A DNA stretch of 64,000 nucleotides from Gekko japonicus (Eukaryota), in contig NW_015173209.1 in assembly GCF_001447785.1 (NCBI RefSeq), positions 145,793 through 209,792 of the forward strand. Reading direction: 5' to 3'. The notes under the pieces are model-generated. The model saw only the letters and a list, made by a program, of their open reading frames with translations. It did not search any database and was not told the origin of the DNA. The position numbers and the translations under genes are program-made. Positions 11,232 to 22,097 of the stretch are shown piece by piece; the first letter of the stretch is position 1, and each line of letters starts with the position of its first letter.

Positions 11232-13209
11232 TTCACAGACAATATCCATCAAGGGAAGACCATCTACAATTCACAACTATGTTCAAAACTATATATTATA
11301 TTCATTGAATTACAAAGAAAGGTTAGTGGTCACAACCCAATGAAGTATATAAACATAGATCCAACAATTTGCTCATAACAATTAAACATAGTTTAAACAA
11401 GGAACATATTCAAGACCAACAGTAGGCTCTTCTGTAATACCATACATAAATAGTGTCCATAGACCTCCAAACAGAAAGTAACTGCAACAGAAGACTCCCA
11501 CTGTGGAAAGAATAACAGCCAAACGCCTCTCCCAAGTATAAATCAAGTGTTTCAATGATCTTCAACAGCGGCTGGTAAGACGGAACTGTGAAACAATCAT
11601 AAATATACATAGAAAGACAAGATTGACTGCATGATGCATATATCAATTCAAAAACATAGAAAAAATGTGTCTCACCCCAATTTCCAAAATAACATAGGCA
11701 CAGCTCAAAAGCTTCAATGGAATCCTAGAGTTCTCAACAAGACAACCTGTCATACAGCATTTAACCATATGCAATTCAATAGCAATTCAATAGCAATGTA
11801 GTTTCTTAAAGTGGACCCATCCCATTTCACATACTTTCCTATTCTAATCAATTGCAATCTTTCTCAAATAAATCAAGCATCTGATTCATTCCATTTGGTA
11901 CTAAAGATTTTAATTCAAAAATCAATTTAGACTCTTTTTGCAATAATATTTGATTAGCATTTTGAAAGGTGCATGGTTTACTCTGATGTACAAATGCCAC
12001 AAAAAACCTCCTCTCTTCAGCACTATGTGTAATTCTGTGTGTAATGTGCTTGTGTGTAATGTGCTGTCATCGGGGCTTGGCTAATGTTATCATGCACCCT
12101 AGAACGGTGTTCCAACACACGTGTACAGATAGAACATGTGGACATACCCACATATAAGAGTCCACAGGGACAAATGGACACATATACAATCTTTTTTGTT
12201 GAACATATGGCCATACTGCTGCACTTAATTCTTATGTTCTTAGAAGGATCCTCAAAAACCTACCCTTCTATCATGAATTTGCAGGCTGCACATTTCCTGC
12301 ACCTGTGAAAGCCTTTAATTGTGCTACTGCCCCTGGTTCTTAAAGGGGCAACATCTGTTTTGACCAACAAAGCCTGCTACCCCAAGAGCACTCTCCCACT
12401 GAGTAAAATGGGGCTTATGTAAGAACATAAGAAGAACCATGCTGGGTCAACCCAAAAGCTCATCATTCTCTCCAGTGCTCCCTCTAAGCTGTGTAGTCTT
12501 GTGAGTAAAAATTCTACTTTGTGAACTACTGGCATTAAAGTTGTGAGAGAGCGATTTGGCTACTGCATAAATTAGTTTGCTCTGAAGCCATCCTTCTTGA
12601 GCTAAGACAAAAATGTGTGAGCCAGCCTGCATAAAGAGATTAGCAAGGCTGGGAGCCACCAGGCATCCCATAGCTATCCCAAACTGTTCTTAAAAAAAAA
12701 GACTGGTTGAATCTAAAATAGTTCTTTTCAAGAAATAAGTCCAGTAATTCTGACAAGAAATAAGTTGGACGATTCTGCTCTTCTCTCCTCATCAAGATGT
12801 CTATTATAATTTCCCTTACTTCATCATGAGGTATACTTGTTATTTATTATTTATTTATTTATTTATTATTTACATTTTTATCCCGCCCTCCCCGGAGGCT
12901 CAGGGTGGCTAACAGGCATATAGCTAATAAAACAATAAAAGCAGTACAAAATATTAAAAGTACATCACAATTTATTGCCTATCTAAAAGCAAGACTATCT
13001 AAAAACAAGATGGCAGTCCTCATGTCATCAAAGAGGTTCTAGTAGAAACCTTTAGACCTTCCACCATCTGAATAAAGTGGGTAGTATCCTTAATATAAGA
13101 TTCTATTTTACCCACAAGTGGTTGTAGAAAGTGATCCAGGTATTGGGCCATGGGCTCAAAAATACACAACTCCCGACACATTAGGTCAGGCTGTATGTGA
13201 ATTGCCAGG
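11232..13209 (-). mobile_element. Degenerate Penelope-like retroelement (RT + GIY-YIG), with nested insertions
   Basis: Peptides YLDHFLQPLV...SYIKDTTHFI (RT N-part), AMGCLVAPSLANLFM (RT motif B), and IVYVSICPCGLLYVGMS...TRVLEHRS (GIY-YIG). Interrupted by a hAT-type MITE (~12474-12625) and a LINE/SINE tail (~12838-13015). Confidence 0.85.
11516..11574 (-). ncRNA. Decayed type I hammerhead ribozyme in the Penelope terminal region
   Basis: CAGCCG-CTGTTGA-AGATCATT-GAAAC-AC...GC-GTT-TGGCTG: stem I, core, short stem II, GAAA, stem III and the cleavage triplet position are all in the expected order. Confidence 0.55.
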
Positions 13210-14265
13210 CACAAGCTTCATTTTAAATATTTCCTACTTTACTTAAATATTCAAAATTATTATCAGATCTTGTGACATAAGTGCAATAAAATAAATAAGT
13301 AAATGCATAAGTTAAAAACAGTGACATAATGCTTAATGCTACAGGTTCATCATTACTGATGAACTGATCAAAAGATAATTCTTTTGATATATTGTTAATT
13401 TTGTGCTACATTGTAAACCCTGCATAATTCACAAATGAATATTAAATAAATATGCTAATTTTAAATAACAAAAGGTAAGTGGTCCAGTTCTCTTTTGCCA
13501 GTCAACTTGGGAGGGGTTTGTCTTTTAGGGTGTAAGTCATCTTTTATACACTACTGATTTTTATTCCCCTGACTTTGAAAATCTCATGTCAAAGTTAGGG
13601 GGAAACCACAGGAAAAATTCCTTACTTCTTGTGTTTGATTATTGATACCTTCCTGAGTAATCTAGAAGGTTTTGATCAGAGTGGATGTCTCCTAATTACT
13701 GGGTCACCCAACAATGTTCTGTTCATCACATATCATTTGCTAGGATGGATTGCACTCTAATATAACTGTCAGTATGTTGTGTTGGTTGTATTAATAGGTC
13801 ATAGTCTAAATAGTTATCACTTGCAGGAACATTGTGTAAATAAATTCATATAATTTTGATCAAAAAATTTCATGAATACTCTGAGATGTCAGTTGAATGG
13901 TGCTGGGACTTCTTCAGATCAATGGATCAGGTGCATCTTGGTTCAAAGAAACAGAACAGGATTTCCTTCGGGATGGCATGATTTCTTTGCCTAAACATTA
14001 GAACTACTGTGAGAGGGATGTGGGAGTCTCAGGACATGTTTGACTGGAAAGTGCCTTACCAATCAAGGTTCATTTAAAAGAATGAATGACAGTGGCTTAT
14101 CTCTATTACTTAGAACATATAACTGCCCTCAGTGAGAGACCAGGAGTATTAGCTGGTTTAACAAGCAAATTGCAGGTCCTTGCTAAGGATCCTTGGTTTA
14201 CCTAGGGTTTTACTATCATTTTGTTTTGTGTCTATGTGCAAATCTAGACTTTTATTCTTAAAATT

Positions 14266-14535
14266 AGTTCTGGGTAGCCCCTTTAGAGAGACACAACAAT
14301 GAACAGTTTTATTGCTAGAGTTTTATATACATTTTTGAAAGATGGTGACGAGACAGATAAATGTGATCAAAGAGCCCACTCGCAGGGAGGGTGGGGTATA
14401 AGTTCTGGGTAGCCCCTTTAGAGAGACACAACAATGACCGGTTTTATTGCTAGAGTTTTATATACATTTTTGAAAGATGGTGACCAGACAGATAAATGTG
14501 ATCAAAGAGCCCGCTCGCAGGGAGGGTGGGGTATA
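14266..14535. repeat. 135-bp tandem duplication next to an N gap
   Basis: AGTTCTGGGTAGCCCC...GGGGTATA occurs at 14266 and 14401 with few substitutions. Confidence 0.85.
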
Positions 14536-15165
14536 AATATAATGAAATAAGTAAATAAATAAATAAATAAATAAATAAGAGTAATATATANNNNNNNNNN
14601 NNNNNNNNNNNNNNNNNNNNNNNNNNNNNNNNNNNNNNNNNNNNNNNNNNNNNNNNNNNNNNNNNNNNNNNNNNNNNNNNNNNNNNNNNNNNNNNNNNNN
14701 NNNNNNNNNNNNNNNNNNNNNNNNNNNNNNNNNNNNNNNNNNNNNNNNNNNNNNNNNNNNNNNNNNNNNNNNNNNNNNNNNNNNNNNNNNNNNNNNNNNN
14801 NNNNNNNNNNNNNNNNNNNNNNNNNNNNNNNNNNNNNNNNNNNNNNNNNNNNNNNNNNNNNNNNNNNNNNNNNNNNNNNNNNNNNNNNNNNNNNNNNNNN
14901 NNNNNNNNNNNNNNNNNNNNNNNNNNNNNNNNNNNNNNNNNNNNNNNNNNNNNNNNNNNNNNNNNNNNNNNNNNNNNNNNNNNNNNNNNNNNNNNNNNNN
15001 NNNNNNNNNNNNNNNNNNNNNNNNNNNNNNNNNNNNNNNNNNNNNNNNNNNNNNNNNNNNNNNNNNNNNNNNNNNNNNNNNNNNNNNNNNNNNNNNNNNN
15101 NNNNNNNNNNNNNNNNNNNNNNNNNNNNNNNNNNNNNNNNNNNNNNNNNNNNNNNNNNNNNNNNN

Positions 15166-15460
15166 CCACTCTATTCCTATTCATTATTTACACCCCTCTT
15201 ACTTGAATACACATTTCATCAGTATTGGAGTACAATAAGAACCATAAGAGCCAATATAACATAATTCTTCAGAACCACTCTATTCCTATTCATTATTTAC
15301 ACCCCCTTACTTGAATACACATCTCATCAGTATTGGAGTACAATAAGAACCATAAGAGCCAATATAACATAATTCTTCAGAACCACTCTATTCCTATTCA
15401 TTATTTACACCCCCTTACTTGAATACACATCTCATCAGTATTGGAGTACAATAAGAGCCA
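15166..15460. repeat. ~108-bp minisatellite, at least 2.7 copies, running into a gap
   Basis: Unit CCACTCTATTCCTATTCATT... starts at 15166, 15275 and 15383. Confidence 0.9.
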
Positions 15461-16951
15461 TAAATTCATATTTCCAAGGTTACAAAAATATACAAACCAC
15501 TCTAAATTAATCCCATTCATTAATTTCTCTTCCCCCTTTAATGAAAAACTTACTTCCACATTTCCCACTCATGTTACCTATATCTTACATCCAACCTTCC
15601 TAACTAAATAAGTTATAGAAACAAGTTCATCCATATTAAGATATAAAAAATATCATCAATTTTTGTAACACCCCTCTCTCTTTATACATCTTAATTTTTT
15701 TCCTATGGATCTGAAGTTTGCTTTTCAGCTTCAATGATTCCACATGTCTTTTCTCTTTGTATAGATGAAATTTTCTCCCTAAGCTGCTGCTTCTATGCTT
15801 CCACCTATCAATGTCCCAGTTTATAATTTCAGTCTTGCCTTTCCACACACTTCGTCTTGGTCTCTTTCTTTTTTTCTTATTTTGCCTGAAAGAGTCTCCA
15901 TAGCTTTTTTCTTTATCTCTGTGTGGTCTTATTTCAAAACTTTCTTCTCTGTAGTTCCTGCTTGTCTTTCCAATCCTACTTTTCCACAGTCCTTGTCTTA
16001 TTCTCTTTTTTATCTTTTTCTTTTTTGTTCTTCCTTCCTTATCCAGCCTATTTTGTCCTTTCTTTCTTTTCTGTTCTGTCTCTAAATACTGCACTCCTTT
16101 CCTCTTCATTTTTATTTCTATTAGTGGCACAGGCTTAGTATCAACACACATCTCTTTAAACCCATCAGCCTGTTGCTCCGTCTCCTTCCATCCATCCTGC
16201 ACCAGTTTCTCATTTTTCTCCTCATTTTCCTTGTCCCCTTGTGTCTCTTGCAAGTTTCCGAAGACATTTATGCAAACTTGTTTAATACTTTTTTGTATTT
16301 CACTCTTCAACACCTTCATTAATTGCTCTAGTGTCAGTTCCCCTATTAAGGTGTTGTCATCAAAATCCTCTTCCTCCAACTCCTCTGGAGACACCATGTT
16401 AAAGATATAATCTACGTCACTTTCAATAACCTTCCATTAATACAAGCACAAAAGTGAGTTTCTACAACAAAATTCCTTGACCTCAAGGGCAAAACCAAAC
16501 CATCCACGTCCTTCCCCCGTTCCTTTTCTGGCCGCTAATCTCCTCCAACTTGGGCTCAAAACATTTGGGGCTACTTGCAAGTCAATGTCTTAATCCACAT
16601 AAATTAGAAATAAGTGTACTTACAAAGTCAATCTTCTTATATTATCATATCCATGTTGTAACTAGATTTTATTCCAAAAAGAATTTAAAAAGGCTGGCCG
16701 CAGCTTGTGTAGAGCATGGGATCATGCTTTACTCTAAAGAACGCTCCCGCTTCAGGACGGAAGCGGACACTCCCCCGCCTTGCCAGAGCGGGAGGGGCTG
16801 CAACAGATTCCCCTGCTTAGACCTCTCTCCAGGACATCTATCGGAGTACCCCCGGTCGCCCCAGGGCCCCCCAAAGGAGCGTAAAAGGATCGGGCGTTCT
16901 CAGAGCGACCGAGAAGCTGCCCGTTGCTGCGCCACACCCACTTCCGGTCTC
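15166..16951 (-). mobile_element. L1-like, apparently non-autonomous element with CpG-rich 5' UTR and a 253-aa K/E-rich ORF (15636-16397)
   Basis: CpG-rich head beginning GAGACCGGAAGTG, strong A-rich sense-strand bias, and an ORF with acidic/coiled-coil N-terminus and basic C-terminus. No EN/RT is visible before the gap. Confidence 0.5.
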
Positions 16952-17449
16952 AAGAACGTATACATTCTTTTAACATAATATGTATGCAAAACACTGGCAC
17001 AACATCCACTTTGTAGCTTTAGAAATTTCTAATACTTTCTAAGATTACCCATTAACACAGATTAAAGTGTTTCACGTCCCAAGGCTGCTTGAAAGCAGGA
17101 TATCTACAAGGAGCCATTGACAAATGTGTCCAATACAATGGCAGACAGTAGTGCAATAAAGAAACAAGCAAAACTTCAAGCAAAAATTCGCATGATAGAA
17201 GTCACAAGAAGGTTTAAATACAGTTAAAAGGACCACATCCTGAATGGCCACCCATTAACAAACTTGATATAAGCACATTTAATCCTGCATTTCTGACTTT
17301 CGCTTATGCCCTTGGTCAGAAAGACTGAGGCTCAGATGTGTATTGAACTGACAGAAACAAAGAAATGTCCAGCCAAAGTCTGTATACTTTATGCTGATTT
17401 TAATACATAATGCTGCACAGCATTCCACAATACATACTACATTCTTGGT

Positions 17450-18391
17450 TCATCTCAAGTGGAAGCAATTTCTCAAGGCTTCCTTCACATCTTTGTTTCT
17501 TAGTGTGTAGATGAAAGGATTCAGCAAGGGAGTCACAATAGTGTTCAGAATGTTCACAATTTTGGTCATCTCTAAAGATGTCCTTTTAGAAGGCTTGACA
17601 AACAGAAAGATAGTGGATCCATACCATATCATCACTACAGCAAGATGGGAAGAGCATGTTGAAAAAGCCTTCTGCTGCCCTGTGGTGGAAGGGATGCGCA
17701 GAATGGTGGAAATTATATATATGTAAGAAAGAAAGGTTATCAAGCATGAGCCCAAGATAACAATGATCGATATCACAAAAGCTGCCATCTCAATGGCATA
17801 TGTGTCAGTACAAGAGAGAACTATCCAGGAATCAATGTTGCAGTAGAAGTGGTTGATCACATTGGGCCCACAGAAGGACAGTCTTGTGATGAGAAAAGCT
17901 GGTATGCAAATCACAAGGAATCCACACAGCCAAGAGCTAAATGCCAGTTTACCAGAGAGGCTGAGGTCCATTATGGTACTGTAGTGCAAAGGGTAACATA
18001 TGGCCAAATATCGGTCATAAGCCATCGCAGATAGCAGGAAATATTCTGTGCAACCGAAGGCGAAAACAAAGTACATCTGTAGGATACAGCCAGTGAAAGA
18101 AATGCTTCTACTCCTCCCCAGAATGATGGCAAGGGTCTTAGGAATAGAGGATGTGGTGTACCATATCTCCAAGAACGAGAGATTGCAAAGGAAGAAATAC
18201 ATGGGAATGTGGAGGCGGCGGTTTGTTATCACTAGAATAAAGATGGCCAAATTTCCCATTATGGTCAGGATATACATAAATAAAAAGAGTGTAAAGATGA
18301 ACATTTGTAAATACAGAGACCCGGGGAAGCCAAGGAGGATAAAATCCAACACTCTGCTTTCATTCTGTCTACCCTGGCTGTGCTCCCTCAT
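17450..18391 (-). CDS. Olfactory receptor, class II (OR6-like subfamily, paralogue A)
   Basis: Intact ORF from MREHSQ with NES, LHIPMYFFLCNLS, MAYDRYLAICYPLHY, KAFSTCSSH, PLLNPFIYTLRNKDV. Splice acceptor TTTGTTTCAACAG lies 14 nt upstream of the ATG. Confidence 0.96.
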   Translation of the reverse strand: MREHSQGRQNESRVLDFILLGFPGSLYLQMFIFTLFLFMYILTIMGNLAIFILVITNRRLHIPMYFFLCNLSFLEIWYTTSSIPKTLAIILGRSRSISFTGCILQMYFVFAFGCTEYFLLSAMAYDRYLAICYPLHYSTIMDLSLSGKLAFSSWLCGFLVICIPAFLITRLSFCGPNVINHFYCNIDSWIVLSCTDTYAIEMAAFVISIIVILGSCLITFLSYIYIISTILRIPSTTGQQKAFSTCSSHLAVVMIWYGSTIFLFVKPSKRTSLEMTKIVNILNTIVTPLLNPFIYTLRNKDVKEALRNCFHLR

Positions 18392-18844
18392 TTGTCCTTT
18401 TTTACCTGTTGAAACAAAGAGCTGAATTAACATACAGGAATTAATAAATCACATTTATATTCATGAAACTGGTGTAAGAAATTCTACCAAAATTTACCAA
18501 AAGCTTTCCTTACAGAGTCTGCTTTAACCAAATTAAAAGCTTAGGGGTATGCTGAAATGGATAGGGTTGCTGCTAAATGGATTAATAAGATCTAACACCA
18601 AAGTTGAATGTCTGCTGGCAGCAGATAAACTTAAGTGGAACACTGATGGATTGACAGAGGAATCTCAAAGCTGACCTAACTGTTCCTCTTGTTATGTGAA
18701 TGCCGTCACCCCATTCCAAGTTCTTGGTCTCCAGTTTTAACATGAACTCAAAATCTCTTCATGAATTAAGGTTACATTGTGGAGAGCTTCCTTATCCATG
18801 TCAGAATGTTTGTGAGATCTCTCTATGTGGATGCCCAGCTTCAT

Positions 18845-19250
18845 GTCAGATCTGAGTCCAGTAGCACTTTAGAGGCCAACAAGATGTTAACAGTATAAGC
18901 TTTTGGGATGCAAACCTCCTTTCATCAGACATATTCAATGCTCCCTCTAGGCTGTGGAGTCTTGTGAGCAAAAATTCTACTTTGTGAGCTACCGGCATGA
19001 AAGTTGGCTGCTGCATCAATTCGTTTGCTCCGGAGCCATCCTTCCCGAGCTAGGACAAAAACGTGTGAGCCGGAGGCTGAAAACCTGTGAGCTAGCTCAC
19101 ACTAATTCAGATTAGAGGGAACACTGGTCCCATCGGTATGTGATAAAGGGGGCTTTGGCCCCTGATAGCTCACACCCTGAAAATCTTGTAGGTCTTCAAG
19201 GTGCTACTGAACTCAAAGCTAGTCCTTCTACTGCAGACCAACTCAGCCAC
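18845..19250. mobile_element. Fold-back Penelope-terminus-derived element, split by a hAT-type MITE
   Basis: Inverted arms GAGTCCAGTAGCACTTTAGAG... and ...CAAGGTGCTACTGAACTC. Each arm carries a decayed CTGAYGA...GAAAGCT hammerhead-like motif. Confidence 0.6.
18936..19126. mobile_element. hAT-type MITE (CAGTGTTCCCTCTAA TIR)
   Basis: Termini CAATGCTCCCTCTAG and TTAGAGGGAACACTG. Partial copies at ~12474-12625 and ~47301-47395. Confidence 0.75.
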
Positions 19251-19919
19251 CCTAATAAAAACAGCTTCACATTGTGAATGCTGTTTTAGTTTTCATCTTT
19301 AAGATGTATAAAACTCATACATAGATATGGTTTTGGAAGCATTCATATAGCAAGATAAACACACATGATCAGGAGCAAAACAGCGGCAAACTATAAGGAA
19401 ACTATAAGGGAAAATTATCATGAAACAGGAAACTGACAGATTAAAGTAGAAATGAAGGCAGACATGAGGATAGCAACTGGAAGGAAAGTTTAGTTTAGCA
19501 GATAGATATTTTTAATACAGAAAACAGAAAAGCTATAGGAGAAGGAAAAGCCAGCACAGGAAAGGAAAGGACTCCTATAGTCTAAATGAGAATGACCACA
19601 GCAGAGTATTACCATTCTACATATAGATAATATCTCTTTACACACACACACACGATTTCTCAGGAAACAGAATAGAGACCCGCACATGCTGTCTTGTTAT
19701 GATGATTAAACTGAATATTAAATTTGTCATCATATTTTTTAAAATGGTACAAATATGAACTATGCATGCTTGTTAACAAAATGGTAGTATTATAGGACTG
19801 TTTAGCTTCAGACAGATACAGCATTTGAGTCTGAGAGATAGTCTGACCTATATTATGTTGGGTCACACTTATTAGATTATCAATAATAGTTTTATTAGGG
19901 AAAGTCAGGGTGCCCTGCC

Positions 19920-20120
19920 ATGGATGGCCCAGGCTAGCCTGATCTAATCAGATCTCAGAAGCTTTGAAAGATTGACTTTGGTTAGTACTTGGACGGGTAG
20001 ATCACTAAGAAAGTTCTGGGTCACTCCACAGAGGCAGACAATGGCAAACCAACTTGGAATGTCTCTTGCTTTGAAAACCCTATGAGGTCACCAGAAGTCA
20101 GCTGCATTTCCCACCACCAC
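19920..20120 (+). mobile_element. 5S rRNA-headed SINE (5S-Sauria type)
   Basis: 5S-like GATCTCAGAAGCT...GGTTAGTACTTGGA head plus ATGGCAAACCA...CTCTTGCYTTGAAAACCC body. Related copies at ~10300-10510(-), ~34880-35080(+), ~37945-38125(-) and 59600-60380(+). Confidence 0.7.
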
Positions 20121-20406
20121 CAAGGTAGGGTAGGCAAATTTGGTATCTTCCATTTTACAACTGATAGCTGCATAATGTTGACAAATACATTTTCATCTCT
20201 GAACTTAATGGTCTTATGCCTCTCCCTTTAGTTAAAAAAAATCTGCTTCAAATTGAAAGGTACTGATGGCTTATTGAGGGAATCCTGCTGAGCCTGTCTG
20301 CTGGGCCACTGGATTTCTGCCCCCACCAAGCTTCTAGTCCTAATGGCATTACTGGTAATGTGTGAAACCTCTCAGAGTTTTTAGGCAAAAGCAAACAAAT
20401 AGAAAC

Positions 20407-20715
20407 ACTTACCAAATATATGCTGATTCATTCCATTGGAACAATATGCCAAAAATATGACTTTGATTGACTGTTCATAATTGTCCATTATTCCATCCAT
20501 GGAATAACTAACACTTCAGACACTTCCAGTCTCCATTTTCTGAAGGATTTTTGCATTGATTGCATCTGTTATTTGTCCTCACCTAGTCTAAACCATAAGT
20601 AAGAATGTTATCTGACACAGTGGTTTCTAATTGGTTAGGGCTCTTTATATTACCTTAACCAAATGTTCCCTTAAGAGGTTATTTCCAATGATTTCATTAA
20701 CTTCTGGAAGTTCTA
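20407..20715 (-). promoter_or_regulatory. Promoter and 5' exon of OR paralogue A
   Basis: Donor TTG|GTAAGT at 20413/20412, TATA-like TATAAA (20644-20649), Ebf/O-E-like TTCCCTTAAGAG (20666-20677), homeodomain-type TAATTG/TAATGA. Alignable by eye to 33977-34300 and 45776-46080. Confidence 0.7.
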
Positions 20716-21078
20716 ACAGTTCTCGCATAATTACAACAACAACAATAAAAATCCAGGAAGCTGTGTACCATTCTCTACAAGGATTTGCAGACAAACAAAG
20801 AGAATGCCCATAAGAATTAAGTAATAAATGGACAATCTGAGGCAGGGTATAATCAATCTGTTAACAAGCATGCATAGTTCATAATTGTTTGCATCGTTAA
20901 AGGCTATTATAATTCAGTTGGCTGTAAATTTTATTTAATTTGCCCGTCTACCATGTTTGATTCATTACTACCCATGATTTGAACATTCTGTTTTGTTTTG
21001 TTTTGTTTCCCCCTTCTTGATAGTTAAAAAACTCATCAAAGTTAAAGCACAACTTATTATCCTCAGTGTAGTTTGGAT

Positions 21079-21614
21079 TAAGGGTGTGCATTCGGCAGAA
21101 ACCAAAACAAATATATTCCCAAATAAGGCCTTATTAGTATTATTTGGCATATAATCAGCCAAATGTGATTCTCTGATGTGTACTTGGCAGCTAAATAATG
21201 ATTCCCAAATACATTTGGCTCCATTACACCTTATGGGGCCATTATAGTCAATGGGAAATCTCTCCAAGGGTATATTGAGTAGCCTTGGAGAGAGGGAGTT
21301 TGAGGTAGAGACACCACATTTACGGTGTAGCTGCTGGAACCTCTGCCCAAAAGAACCCCCAAGTCTCAAAAATATTGGACCAATGGTTCCAATAATAGGG
21401 GCACCCAAAGTGGTTGCTCCCATCCCACCATTGTTTTCAATGGTGTGGAAAATAGCACAACAAGCTCAGCAGATTCTCCCAGAATTTGGGAATCCTGAGT
21501 AGGATATAAATACCGATCTTGAGATTCAGGAATATCCAGGTATACCAAATATATTTGGCTCAGAAAATCCCAAATCTGAATAATAACAAATACTATTTTC
21601 TTTGCACATCCCTA
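21079..21614. mobile_element. Non-autonomous TIR DNA element
   Basis: Termini AGGGTGTGCA and TGCACATCCCT, with subterminal CCGAA/TTCGG-like repeats. Confidence 0.55.
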
Positions 21615-21904
21615 GTTCAGATGCCGCAGTTTAATTTACTACTCCCACAGCTTTAGCTACAGATAATAGTGCTCTAGCTTGGAGTACTTGGGAAGTATTT
21701 AGGGAGTAAAGTAATGGGTCAGTTGATCTGTTATTATCACAACCAGTCATGGCGATCTAGATATTCTTGTAATATGAGTCAGAAAATTACACATTTCGGT
21801 GATGTCACTAGTGCTACGTATGACAGAATGTGTGCTAAAATGATTGTCTATATCTATCTACACAGATATTGTAAACTGGCTGAGTAACTGCGTACACTAA
21901 GATG

Positions 21905-22097
21905 TAAGTCCAGTAACACCATAGAAACCAACAAGATTATTGGGCAGGAGCTTTTGAGAGTCAAAGCTCCACTCTCCTGATCCGATGAAGAAAGCTTTGA
22001 CTTTCGAAAACTCATACTCTGAAAATCTTATTGATCTCCAAGGTTCCACAGGACTTGAATCTAGCTGTTCTACTGTAGACCAACAGGGCTACCCTCT
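21905..22097. mobile_element. Fold-back Penelope-terminus-derived element with head-to-head hammerhead-like motifs
   Basis: Same family as 18845-19250. Centre reads GAGCTTTTGAGAGTCAAAGCTCC...CCGATGAAGAAAGCTTTGACTTTCGAAAACTCATAC. Confidence 0.6.

Noticed and set aside
14266-14535. 135-bp duplication as a biological element
   Set aside because: It lies next to a contig end and could be an uncollapsed haplotype or assembly artefact.
15166-15460. Regularly spaced repeats as a CRISPR-like array
   Set aside because: Contiguous tandem units with no unique spacers, in a vertebrate context.
17511-18425. Antisense ORFs overlapping OR genes (also near 27667, 44685, 53998)
   Set aside because: Shadow frames of OR coding sequence. 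Their similarity to each other just reflects OR paralogy.
18392-18433. Extended N-termini of ORFs 17450-18433 and 27558-28574
   Set aside because: They run through splice-acceptor sequence, and the second begins at TTG. The downstream Met was used as the start.
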